Virus record (IMG/VR): IMGVR_UViG_2595698595_000001
Location: 32,001-96,000 of that record
DNA length: 64,000 nt
Strand: one strand, 5' to 3'
Origin: a virus
Lineage: Duplodnaviria > Caudoviricetes
The translations under genes and the position numbers were made by a program. Of this stretch, positions 7,849-17,765 are shown in pieces (position 1 is the first letter of the stretch; every line of letters starts with the position of its first letter). The notes under the pieces were generated by a model, which was given only the letters and a program-made list of their open reading frames with translations, did no database searches and was not told where the DNA came from.

Positions 7849-8649
7849 ATGTCAACTACAAAAATCGATAAAATCACAAAGAAAATTGCAGCTTTACTTC
7901 AAAAAGCTGAATCAGCTAAAGAACTTGGTTCAATTGCAGAATTCGAAGCCTTTACAGCACACGCTAACAAGCTTATCATTGAATACAATATCGAACAATC
8001 GAAAATCGATGCGTTAAATGGTGAGGAAAAATTCGCAAAATATGGGAAGTCTTCCATGATTTTCTATGATGGATATTGGGGTTCTCAATGGAGATACAAA
8101 TTAGCAATGGTTTTATCTGAACATAACTTTTGTACGTTCACTACAAAAACTCGTTCTAGAAATTTAACTTTCTATGGTGACATGACAAACGTTGAAAACG
8201 TTGTTTGGTTATATCATTTCTTGAATATGAAACTTCAAGCTTTAGCTGTAAACGCTTGGAAAACTCACTTGAAACGTAAACGTACTGATCCTGTATACAA
8301 ATTGGAAGCTGAATTAATGGAAGCTTTAGGTTCTGGTACTAAACATCAATTCGGTAAAGCTTTCTTATTAGGTGTTGTTCAAGGAATCGATATTAAACTT
8401 AACGAAGAAAAAGAAAAATCTGAGTTAGCTAACGAAATCAATTCTTTAATGATCGTTAACAAAGAAGCTTTAAGAGAATATATCGATCTTACTGTTAAAA
8501 ACTTAAGACGTGATGCAGCTCCTCAGAAATTAACTTATATGTCTGATCAAGCTTACAAAGCTGGAATCGATACTGGTAAAAACATTGAATTCAACGAAAG
8601 AAAATTATCAAGTACTGAGGAACAAGCTAAATCGAAAATGTTAAGCTAA
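7849..8649 (+). CDS. DUF2786-domain protein
   Basis: N-terminal KIAALLQKAES...E.EAF...A.KL..EYNI; C-terminal AFLLG and AY.AG...G motifs. Confidence 0.75.
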   Translation: MSTTKIDKITKKIAALLQKAESAKELGSIAEFEAFTAHANKLIIEYNIEQSKIDALNGEEKFAKYGKSSMIFYDGYWGSQWRYKLAMVLSEHNFCTFTTKTRSRNLTFYGDMTNVENVVWLYHFLNMKLQALAVNAWKTHLKRKRTDPVYKLEAELMEALGSGTKHQFGKAFLLGVVQGIDIKLNEEKEKSELANEINSLMIVNKEALREYIDLTVKNLRRDAAPQKLTYMSDQAYKAGIDTGKNIEFNERKLSSTEEQAKSKMLS

Positions 8650-8675
8650 AAACATCTCTCAATAATTATAAAGTC

Positions 8676-8707
8676 AATCGAACCCATCTTAACGGATGGG
8701 TTCGATT
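8676..8707 (+). terminator. Intrinsic terminator-like hairpin
   Basis: aatcgaacccatc-ttaacg-gatgggttcgatt, 13-bp stem. Confidence 0.75.
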
Positions 8708-8720
8708 CATTTTCTCAATT

Positions 8721-8728
8721 TATACATA
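8721..8728 (+). promoter_or_regulatory. TATACATA late-promoter motif
   Basis: Motif recurring just upstream of structural genes. Confidence 0.7.
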
Positions 8729-8745
8729 TTTCATAGGACAAACTT

Positions 8746-10224
8746 ATGGCAATTCAATTAACACGAGTATCACAATATTCAGCTTTAGAAGTAGGAGAAA
8801 CATTTGGATCAGATTTAAACGATATCGATCTATACGTTTACGACTTTAACAATAGTACAGGTAAACAAGTTCTAGGTGCTGACAATAGTAACAATTCAAG
8901 AAACTATTCAACGTCACCATATCTGCAAAACGTTTTCTTAAAAACTACACCCAGACCTTATATTCCTGACACTTATCATGATTCTAGAGAAATAAGTACT
9001 TTACTTCCTGGAAATTTACCAATGGTACAGTTTCAGAAGCTTAGATTACATATGTCAGCAGGTTGGACATATCCTTCTAATATTCATGGAATGTGGTTTA
9101 GAATTTATGTCAAGATAAACGAAATCGATGTTACTTTAGCTTCGATAGTTGATGAATATTTCGACACAAGATTAGAAACTAATTCGAGAGAATATGTTTT
9201 GGAAAATCAAGTGTTTACTCAACATATTGAAGTAGATGTTCTTGACATTAACTTTCTGTTCTCTCAGAAGACACAAGCTTTTCAGGATATAATTAATATT
9301 TTCACTAACGGTCAGCAAGTGTCATATGTATCAGATTTAATGATAGAATTCGGTTTTATTGATAATGATGATATGGTTACGTTTGTTGAAAATGGATTCC
9401 CATTCGAACGATTCTCAAGTTTAACTGACTATCGTAATCAAATCATACAAAGGTCTACTGAAGATTCTCAACTGTTTTCGTTAATATCTTTACAGAAAGA
9501 AAATCCAAATTATCTAGATTTCAAATTAGCTCATAGCACTACAACACTTCAAGCTTATTTCGAGAAGTTCAAAGAGATAAATGAAGAAATCGATATATTT
9601 CATCAGGTTACATTTTCATTCTATGATTCTAATGATGTACTGTTATCAACTGATTCGATAGAACTTAGAAACTTTTCTGATCAATACGCTTCAGTTAGTT
9701 ACATTCCTCATGAATACTATACATCGGATCATATACTTGTACGATGCGTTTCTAGAGCTGTTAATTCAGGTTCTGGTCAAACATGGATTCGAGTTTCAGA
9801 GTTAGCGGTTTTAACAGCTGATTTGAAACCATCGAATGAAGTATTTCAATTTGATAATCTTATCGTTAAGAACGAAATAACAAAGATCGAACATAAACTT
9901 GAGAATTCACCATTACTTCCAGAAGTTGTTGAAATTTACAAACCAGTATACTATGTTCTAGTTTCTAAAGAACAACCAGAAATTTCGATCTCACCATTTG
10001 ATTCAGCATTCGCTTTCGATATCGATATCGAAGTTGTAGCTTCTAAAAAGTTATCTTTACGAATAGGTGAACGTGTATATGAAGAAACTTCAAGGACGTC
10101 TAATTCTGTCATATTTAATATCAAAGCTTTAGAATACTATCGAAAGGAAAAGGAATACTATATCGTAGACGGAAATCTACAGGAAGTATTTCGAGGAAAG
10201 GTTACAAGATACGGAGAACAATAA
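8746..10224 (+). CDS. Hypothetical, probably late/virion protein
   Basis: 492-aa ORF with own TATACATA and own terminator. Confidence 0.7.
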   Translation: MAIQLTRVSQYSALEVGETFGSDLNDIDLYVYDFNNSTGKQVLGADNSNNSRNYSTSPYLQNVFLKTTPRPYIPDTYHDSREISTLLPGNLPMVQFQKLRLHMSAGWTYPSNIHGMWFRIYVKINEIDVTLASIVDEYFDTRLETNSREYVLENQVFTQHIEVDVLDINFLFSQKTQAFQDIINIFTNGQQVSYVSDLMIEFGFIDNDDMVTFVENGFPFERFSSLTDYRNQIIQRSTEDSQLFSLISLQKENPNYLDFKLAHSTTTLQAYFEKFKEINEEIDIFHQVTFSFYDSNDVLLSTDSIELRNFSDQYASVSYIPHEYYTSDHILVRCVSRAVNSGSGQTWIRVSELAVLTADLKPSNEVFQFDNLIVKNEITKIEHKLENSPLLPEVVEIYKPVYYVLVSKEQPEISISPFDSAFAFDIDIEVVASKKLSLRIGERVYEETSRTSNSVIFNIKALEYYRKEKEYYIVDGNLQEVFRGKVTRYGEQ

Positions 10225-10249
10225 GTTCTCCGTTTTTGTTTAGTATAAT
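10211..10249 (+). terminator. Terminator hairpin abutting TAGTATAAT box
   Basis: acggagaac-aataa-gttctccgt, T tract, then tagtataat at 10241. Confidence 0.7.
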
Positions 10250-10310
10250 ATCAATACTAATAATACATATTCTATAATGATAAACTAGTTACTTTTCGTA
10301 ACATTCAGGA

Positions 10311-10338
10311 TAACGATTATTCAAAGTTTAGTATAATA
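10311..10338 (+). promoter_or_regulatory. AAC-N14 class promoter for primase-helicase
   Basis: taac-gattattcaaagtt-tagtataat. Confidence 0.65.
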
Positions 10339-10402
10339 TAATCTATTAAGATAGTTACTCATTATACACACGTACTGCAAATATTAGGAAAGATTTATAA
10401 AC

Positions 10403-13400
10403 ATGAAACACATTACAATCAAAGCTATTCATGCTAAGATGCAAGAAGGTGATGATCGTCTATATGATAGACGTTTCTCACTTTCAAGGGAAAACGATGT
10501 GAACAAATACTCAGTTCACTTAGAAGACACAGGAATGCACCCATTAATTCCAAAATTCTCCCTGAAAGACTTAGCTGAATTATCAAAACAGAATCAAGAA
10601 TCGTATACGAAAATTATAGAAGACATTAAAACTTCAAGACTTTCTGATAAACGATTAACTGGTTCTGATCAATCTATTTTTCTAAATGAAAATGGATGGG
10701 ATTCTGAAGATGATATTGAAGATATCGATCTAAGAATCGAGGAATTGAAAATTCGTTTAGCTTCAAAATATCGTGAAAGGATTGATTCAAATTCTATCGA
10801 TAATGTAATACCTCATGAATTGATTGAAGAAATCAATCGTTTAGAATTACGTAAGAATGGTTGGAATGCAATGACTAAGTTCAATGACACAAAATACATT
10901 CTTCAGAATTCGATTACAATATTTCAGGATGCTTTCGAAACTAACAAACATATTGACGACTTCGATAATAACAAAGAAACTCGTAAAGAAAAACCTTTCA
11001 AATATCGTAATCGTTCATTAGCTGGAATTTTACAATTAATCGCAACTCCGAATTCAACGAATAAGATTAATCGTGAACAAATCTATTCAGTAACAACTGG
11101 TATCAGACCTGTTTCAGATTCTTATCATCTATGGAACGGATTTCAAATCTTTGACTTAGACTTGAAAAACTCATCAACTGAACATAACGTTGACAAAATC
11201 AAGGAAAAACTTTACAACGATTTGAAACAATATAACTGGTTCTTAGGTGTTGGAAAATCAACTTCTGGTAACGGTATTCACGTTTATACTAAAGTTGCTA
11301 GACCACATCAGTATTATCTGAATCCTGAGGATAATGAATCCTTAATCAAATATTGGTTCCGTATCTCATACATTCAGAAATATTCAATCTTAAGGTATCT
11401 GTTAGGTGATGTATATGGATTAGAACTAAATCTAAACCATCCTAAGAAAGCTGTAATTGACTTTTCAATGGCACGTATTCAACAAGGTGCTAAAATTACA
11501 TACGATCCAAATTTCTTAATCAATGAGAATTTCGAAGACTTACAAATTCAGTTTGGATTTCATATCCCACCGAAAGTAAATCTTGAACTTGAAGATTGGT
11601 TGACACATCAATCGATTATGGAAAGTAAGAAAATCCAAAACTGGAATCGTGAACATGACATAATCGTTGAATCTATTGAGAACAATGGTTCGTTCAAAGA
11701 GTTCAAAGAATTAGATGTATCTACAGATTTAGAATTTGACAGAAATCAAACTATCGAAACTTTGAAACCTTTCGAAGGTGAGATTTATTACGCATTACGT
11801 TGGAACGTTGTAAATACAGTTGCTGCTATATTTGGTGAGCAAGGTCGTGAAATTGCACATTTTGTTTTGAAATCCGAATTCTGTAAAAATGAATCAGAGA
11901 TTCAAGGTATGTACAATACAGCGATAACTTCAAACAAACCATTTACGAAATGGGGTATTCAAATACTTCAAACATGTGGATTACAAGTTAAATACACAGA
12001 TGAAGGTGAGGATAAACTTGATGAAGAATTAAAAGCGGAACTTAAAGCATTACTTCAATCAGCTTCAAAGAATATTACAAGAAAGGACAATAACGTAATT
12101 ACTTTGAAATCTAACGAATATCTTGGAAACATATCAGACGTAATACTTGGGAAAATGACACAAGATAAAGTTAATCTTGTAATATCTCCTCCAGGTACTG
12201 GTAAGACTGAATGGATTAAGTCATTAGTAAAACAAGGTAAAAAGGTTTGTTTAGTACTTCCATATACTTCAATTATTCAAGCTAAAATTGAGAAAGATGA
12301 AGAGTTCTCGAAACTATTCGATTCATACTATGGTTATACAGCTATCGAGAAACATGGCGGTAAATCTGCTGTAATGACTATCGATAAGTTCGCAAACTGT
12401 GATACTGAACAATTACTTCATTCATATGATTACATAGCATTAGATGAATCTCACTTGATTTTTACAAGTTCGTTTAGGTTAAGAGCTATGTCAAATGCTT
12501 TGAAGAAAATTAAGGAACTTACGAAACCAAAACTAATGTCATTTGGATTAGCTAAAACTATTCTTATGACTGGTACACCAACTGGTGAGATTCCATATTT
12601 TGATTTCTATAAGAATTTGAATCTGTTCACAATTACTAAAGAGGAGAAACGTTCTAAAAATGTTAAGTTCAGAATTTGTAACACAGTAGATGAACAACTT
12701 TGTCAAATCGCAATTCATATAGCTAAATCATTACAAATCGGTCGTAAGGTATTGTTTCCAACAAACAAAGGTGATAATCAAGCTATCAAACTTGTTGGTA
12801 TGATCGAATTCATTTTGAAACGTTCAATCAAATGGGGATATTACAAGAAATCTAATCAAGGTGATGAACTTTCGAATTCGATTAATGACGATGCAACAAT
12901 GTCGAATTACGAATTGTTATTAGCTTCAAACTATTTATCAGTAGGTATCGATATTAAGGATATTGCAGATTTCGAATGTATCTATGATAACTCATTTGCT
13001 GCATATGAAATAGAACAATTCAATTGTCGTTTACGTGAAGTTGATATTAGTTCAACAGTTTATTTAGCTTGTCATACACCAAGTGGTGAGGTATCTCCAG
13101 CGATTATGAATGTTGAATCTTTCAGTTTAGAAATGAATCGAATAGATCGTGATTTATTACGTGACCATTTGGATATCGCTCAAACGAAATTGAATCTTTC
13201 AGCTAACTATGATCCAATAACAAGACGTATTTTCACTCCAGGATTGGATATTGAAAACGGTCAAGTGGTATTTAAACTTGAAGAACATGAATTGGTAAAA
13301 TTTGAAGAACGATTCTTACAGGTTTACAAATCTCCATATTTCGTAGCAAGAGGTTTAGCTGAATTCGGATATTCTATAGATATCGAAATAGCTGAAAAAC

Positions 13401-14317
13401 CAAATGAAGATGAACAAGCTATTATCGCAGCTGGTTTGGAAATAGCTAAAATGGATTCGATACAACAAAATAATCTGATGATCGAATCAGTTAGATGGCT
13501 GTTGAAAAATGATAAGTATACGAATAAACTTGATACAGCTACTTACGATAATCTTCCAAAAGCGATTTACGATAATAACATTCAGATAATAACTGATTCG
13601 AATTTAACTGAAGAAATTGCTCAAGTCAATGAGGATTATTTAGGAGTAATTACTTCGATTTCGGTAATGTCTTATCGAAGGTTTAATGAAGCGATTCCAA
13701 TAGCAATTCGATTATTGTCAATGTATTGCTCTGATACTGCGTTATTCATATTCGATTCTTGTGTTTCCGAAAATGGTAAACTGAATAAAACTGAAGTTGA
13801 TAGATACTTGCAATTGATTCAGTTAGTCAAACATAGTGAAAGAGATGATATCGCTCCAGCATTCTTTGAATTACTTGAAGACATTTACAAAATCGTAAAC
13901 GTTTTCGTCGAAGACCCTGATTATACTATCGATCAAGCTATTCTTTCATCTAATATCGATAACATAACAATCAAGTTCTTAGAAGCTATGAATTTAGAAT
14001 TACGAACCGATCAAATGCGTCAGAAATATCGAGATGAAGTTAATCGAATCGTAAATATTCTTACTAAGAAGAAACGTAAAAACAAACAAGTGTATCTAGA
14101 ATTCAGAGTTCTTCCAAGTCCTGATAATGAAACAAGACAAAAACGAGAAGCTTACAATGCAATTCTAAATAGAATATTCGAACTTAACGATTCTAAGGTT
14201 GAGGAAATCAACAGAATTCGTTTAAGTCATATCGATGACGATTTAGTGATAACTAAACAAACTGAAACTCTCAGAAACATCGATATCAAGAAAGTAAATT
14301 ATACAATCGCTTTATAA
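10403..14317 (+). CDS. Primase-helicase-like fusion (AEP/BT4734-like domain + PriCT-like region + SF2 DExH helicase)
   Basis: FDLDLK, STSGNGIHVY, ITYDPN; Walker A SPPGTGKT, DESH, MTGT, SVGIDI, EQFNCRLR. Confidence 0.75.
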   Translation: MKHITIKAIHAKMQEGDDRLYDRRFSLSRENDVNKYSVHLEDTGMHPLIPKFSLKDLAELSKQNQESYTKIIEDIKTSRLSDKRLTGSDQSIFLNENGWDSEDDIEDIDLRIEELKIRLASKYRERIDSNSIDNVIPHELIEEINRLELRKNGWNAMTKFNDTKYILQNSITIFQDAFETNKHIDDFDNNKETRKEKPFKYRNRSLAGILQLIATPNSTNKINREQIYSVTTGIRPVSDSYHLWNGFQIFDLDLKNSSTEHNVDKIKEKLYNDLKQYNWFLGVGKSTSGNGIHVYTKVARPHQYYLNPEDNESLIKYWFRISYIQKYSILRYLLGDVYGLELNLNHPKKAVIDFSMARIQQGAKITYDPNFLINENFEDLQIQFGFHIPPKVNLELEDWLTHQSIMESKKIQNWNREHDIIVESIENNGSFKEFKELDVSTDLEFDRNQTIETLKPFEGEIYYALRWNVVNTVAAIFGEQGREIAHFVLKSEFCKNESEIQGMYNTAITSNKPFTKWGIQILQTCGLQVKYTDEGEDKLDEELKAELKALLQSASKNITRKDNNVITLKSNEYLGNISDVILGKMTQDKVNLVISPPGTGKTEWIKSLVKQGKKVCLVLPYTSIIQAKIEKDEEFSKLFDSYYGYTAIEKHGGKSAVMTIDKFANCDTEQLLHSYDYIALDESHLIFTSSFRLRAMSNALKKIKELTKPKLMSFGLAKTILMTGTPTGEIPYFDFYKNLNLFTITKEEKRSKNVKFRICNTVDEQLCQIAIHIAKSLQIGRKVLFPTNKGDNQAIKLVGMIEFILKRSIKWGYYKKSNQGDELSNSINDDATMSNYELLLASNYLSVGIDIKDIADFECIYDNSFAAYEIEQFNCRLREVDISSTVYLACHTPSGEVSPAIMNVESFSLEMNRIDRDLLRDHLDIAQTKLNLSANYDPITRRIFTPGLDIENGQVVFKLEEHELVKFEERFLQVYKSPYFVARGLAEFGYSIDIEIAEKPNEDEQAIIAAGLEIAKMDSIQQNNLMIESVRWLLKNDKYTNKLDTATYDNLPKAIYDNNIQIITDSNLTEEIAQVNEDYLGVITSISVMSYRRFNEAIPIAIRLLSMYCSDTALFIFDSCVSENGKLNKTEVDRYLQLIQLVKHSERDDIAPAFFELLEDIYKIVNVFVEDPDYTIDQAILSSNIDNITIKFLEAMNLELRTDQMRQKYRDEVNRIVNILTKKKRKNKQVYLEFRVLPSPDNETRQKREAYNAILNRIFELNDSKVEEINRIRLSHIDDDLVITKQTETLRNIDIKKVNYTIAL

Positions 14318-14333
14318 GCAATCTTTCCTAAAT

Positions 14334-14359
14334 CCTCGGGTGATTAAGTTCATCCGAGG
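14334..14359 (+). terminator. GC-rich hairpin after primase-helicase
   Basis: cctcgggtga-ttaagt-tcatccgagg with one G.T pair. Confidence 0.65.
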
Positions 14360-14371
14360 TTCCTTTATATT

Positions 14372-14509
14372 ATGCAGAAACCTAAGCAACTTTCAGAAGA
14401 AGAATTGTCAAAAGTAATGAAAACTTTACATGAACAAGAAGTAGAAGACATAAGAAGATTATCTAACAGATTAGAACGTTATCTGAAATTAATGAAGAAA
14501 CAAAAATAA
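14372..14509 (+). CDS. Small charged protein (45 aa, missing from ORF track)
   Basis: MQKPKQLSEEELSKVMKTLHEQEVEDIRRLSNRLERYLKLMKKQK fills the gap before 14515. Confidence 0.6.
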   Translation: MQKPKQLSEEELSKVMKTLHEQEVEDIRRLSNRLERYLKLMKKQK

Positions 14510-14514
14510 GCATT

Positions 14515-15051
14515 ATGAAATGGACCACTTTATCAATGTCAGACTTATGGGATTTTATCCATATGCATGATATAAGAACATCTGAATTCATCAAACCTAA
14601 GTTCCCTACTAGGAGATGGGGTCAGTCGTTTACAAAGACTTCTACAACTTGTAAACATTCTGTCGAAAGAATATCCAAACAATTAAACGAACTTAGATTT
14701 GATACGAAAATAGTATCAGACAAAGAAGCTAACGTTAAATTCAAGAATCTTGGAAAGTTCAAATCGATTCAGATATTGACAAAAGACTTGAGAACGTTCA
14801 AAAATAAAATACTTATGTTTAGATTACAGAAAGCTGCTAACGAAATCGCAAAACGTGGAATATCACCAAAAGTGTATGCTGATGCTATTAATTTACATAT
14901 TAATAACTTCGACATGGAGTCAGTAAACTTTCCAAATTACTCACCATTAAAGCAATTCGAATTTCCTAAAGCTATTCGAGTTTACGCTAAATTAGTACCA
15001 TCTGAAGATATTACGGTAAATCCTAACTATAAAAATGATGAAACTAACTAA
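14515..15051 (+). CDS. Basic hypothetical protein with capsid-like C-terminal peptide
   Basis: 178-aa ORF; see finding on FPKAIRVYAKLVPSEDITVNP. Confidence 0.65.
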   Translation: MKWTTLSMSDLWDFIHMHDIRTSEFIKPKFPTRRWGQSFTKTSTTCKHSVERISKQLNELRFDTKIVSDKEANVKFKNLGKFKSIQILTKDLRTFKNKILMFRLQKAANEIAKRGISPKVYADAINLHINNFDMESVNFPNYSPLKQFEFPKAIRVYAKLVPSEDITVNPNYKNDETN

Positions 15052-15238
15052 AGAATTAAAGAAAAATATCGAAGACTATTTCGAAAATAAAACGGGTGAT
15101 GAATTAATAGAAATCATGGAGAAACATGGTATGACAATTACCGAAGTTGAAATATCTGACCCATCGTTTACTGAAGAACCTTCTGATATCATCAGTATCG
15201 ATTTAACTTATGATACTGTAACATTAGAAGAAAGTTAA
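15035..15238 (+). CDS. Small acidic hypothetical protein
   Basis: 67-aa overlapping-start ORF. Confidence 0.6.
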   Translation: MMKLTKELKKNIEDYFENKTGDELIEIMEKHGMTITEVEISDPSFTEEPSDIISIDLTYDTVTLEES

Positions 15239-15245
15239 GTACTAT
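15219..15245 (+). promoter_or_regulatory. AAC-N14 class promoter
   Basis: taac-attagaagaaagtt-aagtactat. Confidence 0.55.
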
Positions 15246-15268
15246 ACAATTATACTTCTAAAGTAAAT

Positions 15269-16675
15269 ATGACTAAGAAACATACTGTACCAACCACACA
15301 CCAACCACAAGATAAGTTCAATTCGTTATTACTAAAACGTAGAAATCAGTCAAAGGATATCGACGAATTCGATGTTAACAGTGTAATTTTCAATGAACAA
15401 TTCTTTATCGAAGCGTCTGAGAAATATGTAACTGACATGGTTTCTCATACAGAACAAGAGCTTTTCAGAACTAGAAAAATTCGAAGAATCTACAAATCAT
15501 TTGAACATCTTATTCTGGATAACATCCAATATTATTCAAGAATCATTAGAACGATATATCTTTTATTCGAAAATCGTAACGTTCAAGATGGTAGATCGTA
15601 TGGATTAGTAGAAAATCCATTTAGAGGTTTGAGTCGTTCATTATACAAGCAAAAACTTACACCAACTCAAGTTTACTATCTGGCTTTATTACCTTCAGAT
15701 TTTACTTATCATGAATTCATGTTTACTTATCCAGATTCTGAACATGAAATCGAAGAAAAACGTTTAACTAAAGCTGATAGAGCTGTAATGTTCCAAAGTC
15801 TTGTAAACCATAATCGTTTCAAACTTTTACATGAGTTAGCTAGAATAAATACAAAATCTGATGAGTCCGAATCTTATAGTCAAATTCTAGAAAAAGATAA
15901 AACACCTTACAGATTCCTGAAAACTATCATGCCTTATAAGTTCCAGAAAGCTATTAAGGTCGATTTGTTAGAACAACAGGAAGACGCTTTATCGTTCGCT
16001 GACAATTACATGGAGTATCTAAAATTACTTGATACTCTGAATTCAGAACTTCCTAATTATTACGCATCTATTCGTACAGATTCAGTTCAATTATTCAATA
16101 AGATAACATATGCTAAATCTTCATGGGTTTTGAAAACACCTTTAGCTATAGAAACAGATGAAGCTTTTCCAGAAGAACTAACAAAAAATTATGTCAAATA
16201 TCGAGAAGACATAATGAAGTATCATATAAATACTGAATTTTTAGAATTCGCATTATATGAAATGCTTACAGAATCGAGATTGAATATCGATAAGTTTTAT
16301 GGTATTAAATCTTTAACAGACGGTTCAGTTTCTTCAATTAGACTTAGGCGAAAGGTAGGGGGATTAATGATAGTAGAAACTACTTTCGATAAACATGGAA
16401 ATAGTATTTCTGAAAAAGAATTAATCCAATTACGTTCATTATCTTCAGCTATCAAAATTATCGTGAAACAATTCAATTACTATGTTTTTGATATCGATAA
16501 AGCTAATGTCATCAATACGAACCTAGAATCTGTAGGTGATGTAATGAATCATATTTCAGAAGTTGTAACTAGATATCAAACAGAATCTGAAGATATAACA
16601 GATAAATATAACGAAGAAGTTGAAAGGGTTATGAAAACTTATATCAGTTTCATTAAAGAACAAAGACAGATATGA
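15269..16675 (+). CDS. Hypothetical protein
   Basis: 468-aa ORF, no motif recognised. Confidence 0.75.
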   Translation: MTKKHTVPTTHQPQDKFNSLLLKRRNQSKDIDEFDVNSVIFNEQFFIEASEKYVTDMVSHTEQELFRTRKIRRIYKSFEHLILDNIQYYSRIIRTIYLLFENRNVQDGRSYGLVENPFRGLSRSLYKQKLTPTQVYYLALLPSDFTYHEFMFTYPDSEHEIEEKRLTKADRAVMFQSLVNHNRFKLLHELARINTKSDESESYSQILEKDKTPYRFLKTIMPYKFQKAIKVDLLEQQEDALSFADNYMEYLKLLDTLNSELPNYYASIRTDSVQLFNKITYAKSSWVLKTPLAIETDEAFPEELTKNYVKYREDIMKYHINTEFLEFALYEMLTESRLNIDKFYGIKSLTDGSVSSIRLRRKVGGLMIVETTFDKHGNSISEKELIQLRSLSSAIKIIVKQFNYYVFDIDKANVINTNLESVGDVMNHISEVVTRYQTESEDITDKYNEEVERVMKTYISFIKEQRQI

Positions 16676-16893
16676 TACATGTAAACTATACTTGTAATAC
16701 AACTGAAATCATTTATGACGATTACAAGATTATTCTTATGGATTTATATCCAAACGATAAAACTGATAAGTTGTATTCTTATGTAAGAATAGACGCTTAT
16801 AGAACACCAGAAACTAAGATTATCGATCAAATCGAATACGATAGATTAATAGAAGAATCTAGAAATCTATTTAAGAATAAAATGAAACGATAG
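16672..16893 (+). CDS. Hypothetical protein
   Basis: ATGA-coupled 73-aa ORF. Confidence 0.6.
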   Translation: MIHVNYTCNTTEIIYDDYKIILMDLYPNDKTDKLYSYVRIDAYRTPETKIIDQIEYDRLIEESRNLFKNKMKR

Positions 16894-16911
16894 TAACTTC
16901 TTTAGTATAAT
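16885..16911 (+). promoter_or_regulatory. AAC-N14 class promoter
   Basis: aaac-gatagtaacttctt-tagtataat. Confidence 0.65.
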
Positions 16912-16946
16912 TCAATTATATCTTTAACATATTAAATTTGTAAACT

Positions 16947-17399
16947 ATGAGCACAACCTTCGAATTTTTAAACTTCGACGAAATAGTTTCAGGAGAAACT
17001 TCGAAAACTCCTGAAACTATGTCACTATTCGTTGAAGAATCTTCTAGCAGATATTCGTTAATCTTCGATATTAGTTCAGATGACGGTTTCTATGAAGAAG
17101 TTATATTATCACCAAATCTTGAAGATGTGGACAATAACGTTCTAGTAAAATTACATAAAGTATTTACAGAACCTTGGTCTGTTATATCTTTCGGTAATTT
17201 CAAACATGATAAAATCGTAACTATAGCATTTACAAGATTATCAGAATCTAAAATAGTTGTTTCAGTATATAACAAAGATTCAGACGAACCTGCATATTCT
17301 TCCGAATGTAAATTAGATTTAGAAGTATTCAATAGAACATTTTCCCACATAATCGATGATCATTTGTCATTCTTCAAAGATAATATCAAAATATGCTAA
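16947..17399 (+). CDS. Acidic hypothetical protein
   Basis: 150-aa ORF after promoter. Confidence 0.65.
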   Translation: MSTTFEFLNFDEIVSGETSKTPETMSLFVEESSSRYSLIFDISSDDGFYEEVILSPNLEDVDNNVLVKLHKVFTEPWSVISFGNFKHDKIVTIAFTRLSESKIVVSVYNKDSDEPAYSSECKLDLEVFNRTFSHIIDDHLSFFKDNIKIC

Positions 17400-17761
17400 A
17401 TATGGAAGAAACTAAACTACTATTTGGTTCTTACGCTAGTAGTAGAATATCAGTATTTGAAGACGATGAAAAATTAGAATTGAAACTAATTCATGAAAAC
17501 GAAGAATACGTTTTAGCCAACCCATCACAGTTTAAGAACATAATCGAAGTTATTCAGTCAGCGATTCTAAACATTTCAAGAATCGATAAACTAAAGCATC
17601 TTATCGTATATGCTGGTGAAATGTTAGATTTCAATTTATACATACATCATGACTATGTGCTAGTAAGTTCTGATGTAGTAAATATACAAATCATTAAACT
17701 TGAGTATAATTATCTAAATATACTTGATACATTCAACGAAATACTTTTCTATAAAAAATAA
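17393..17761 (+). CDS. Hypothetical protein
   Basis: 122-aa ORF in operon. Confidence 0.65.
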   Translation: MLNMEETKLLFGSYASSRISVFEDDEKLELKLIHENEEYVLANPSQFKNIIEVIQSAILNISRIDKLKHLIVYAGEMLDFNLYIHHDYVLVSSDVVNIQIIKLEYNYLNILDTFNEILFYKK

Positions 17762-17765
17762 CATA

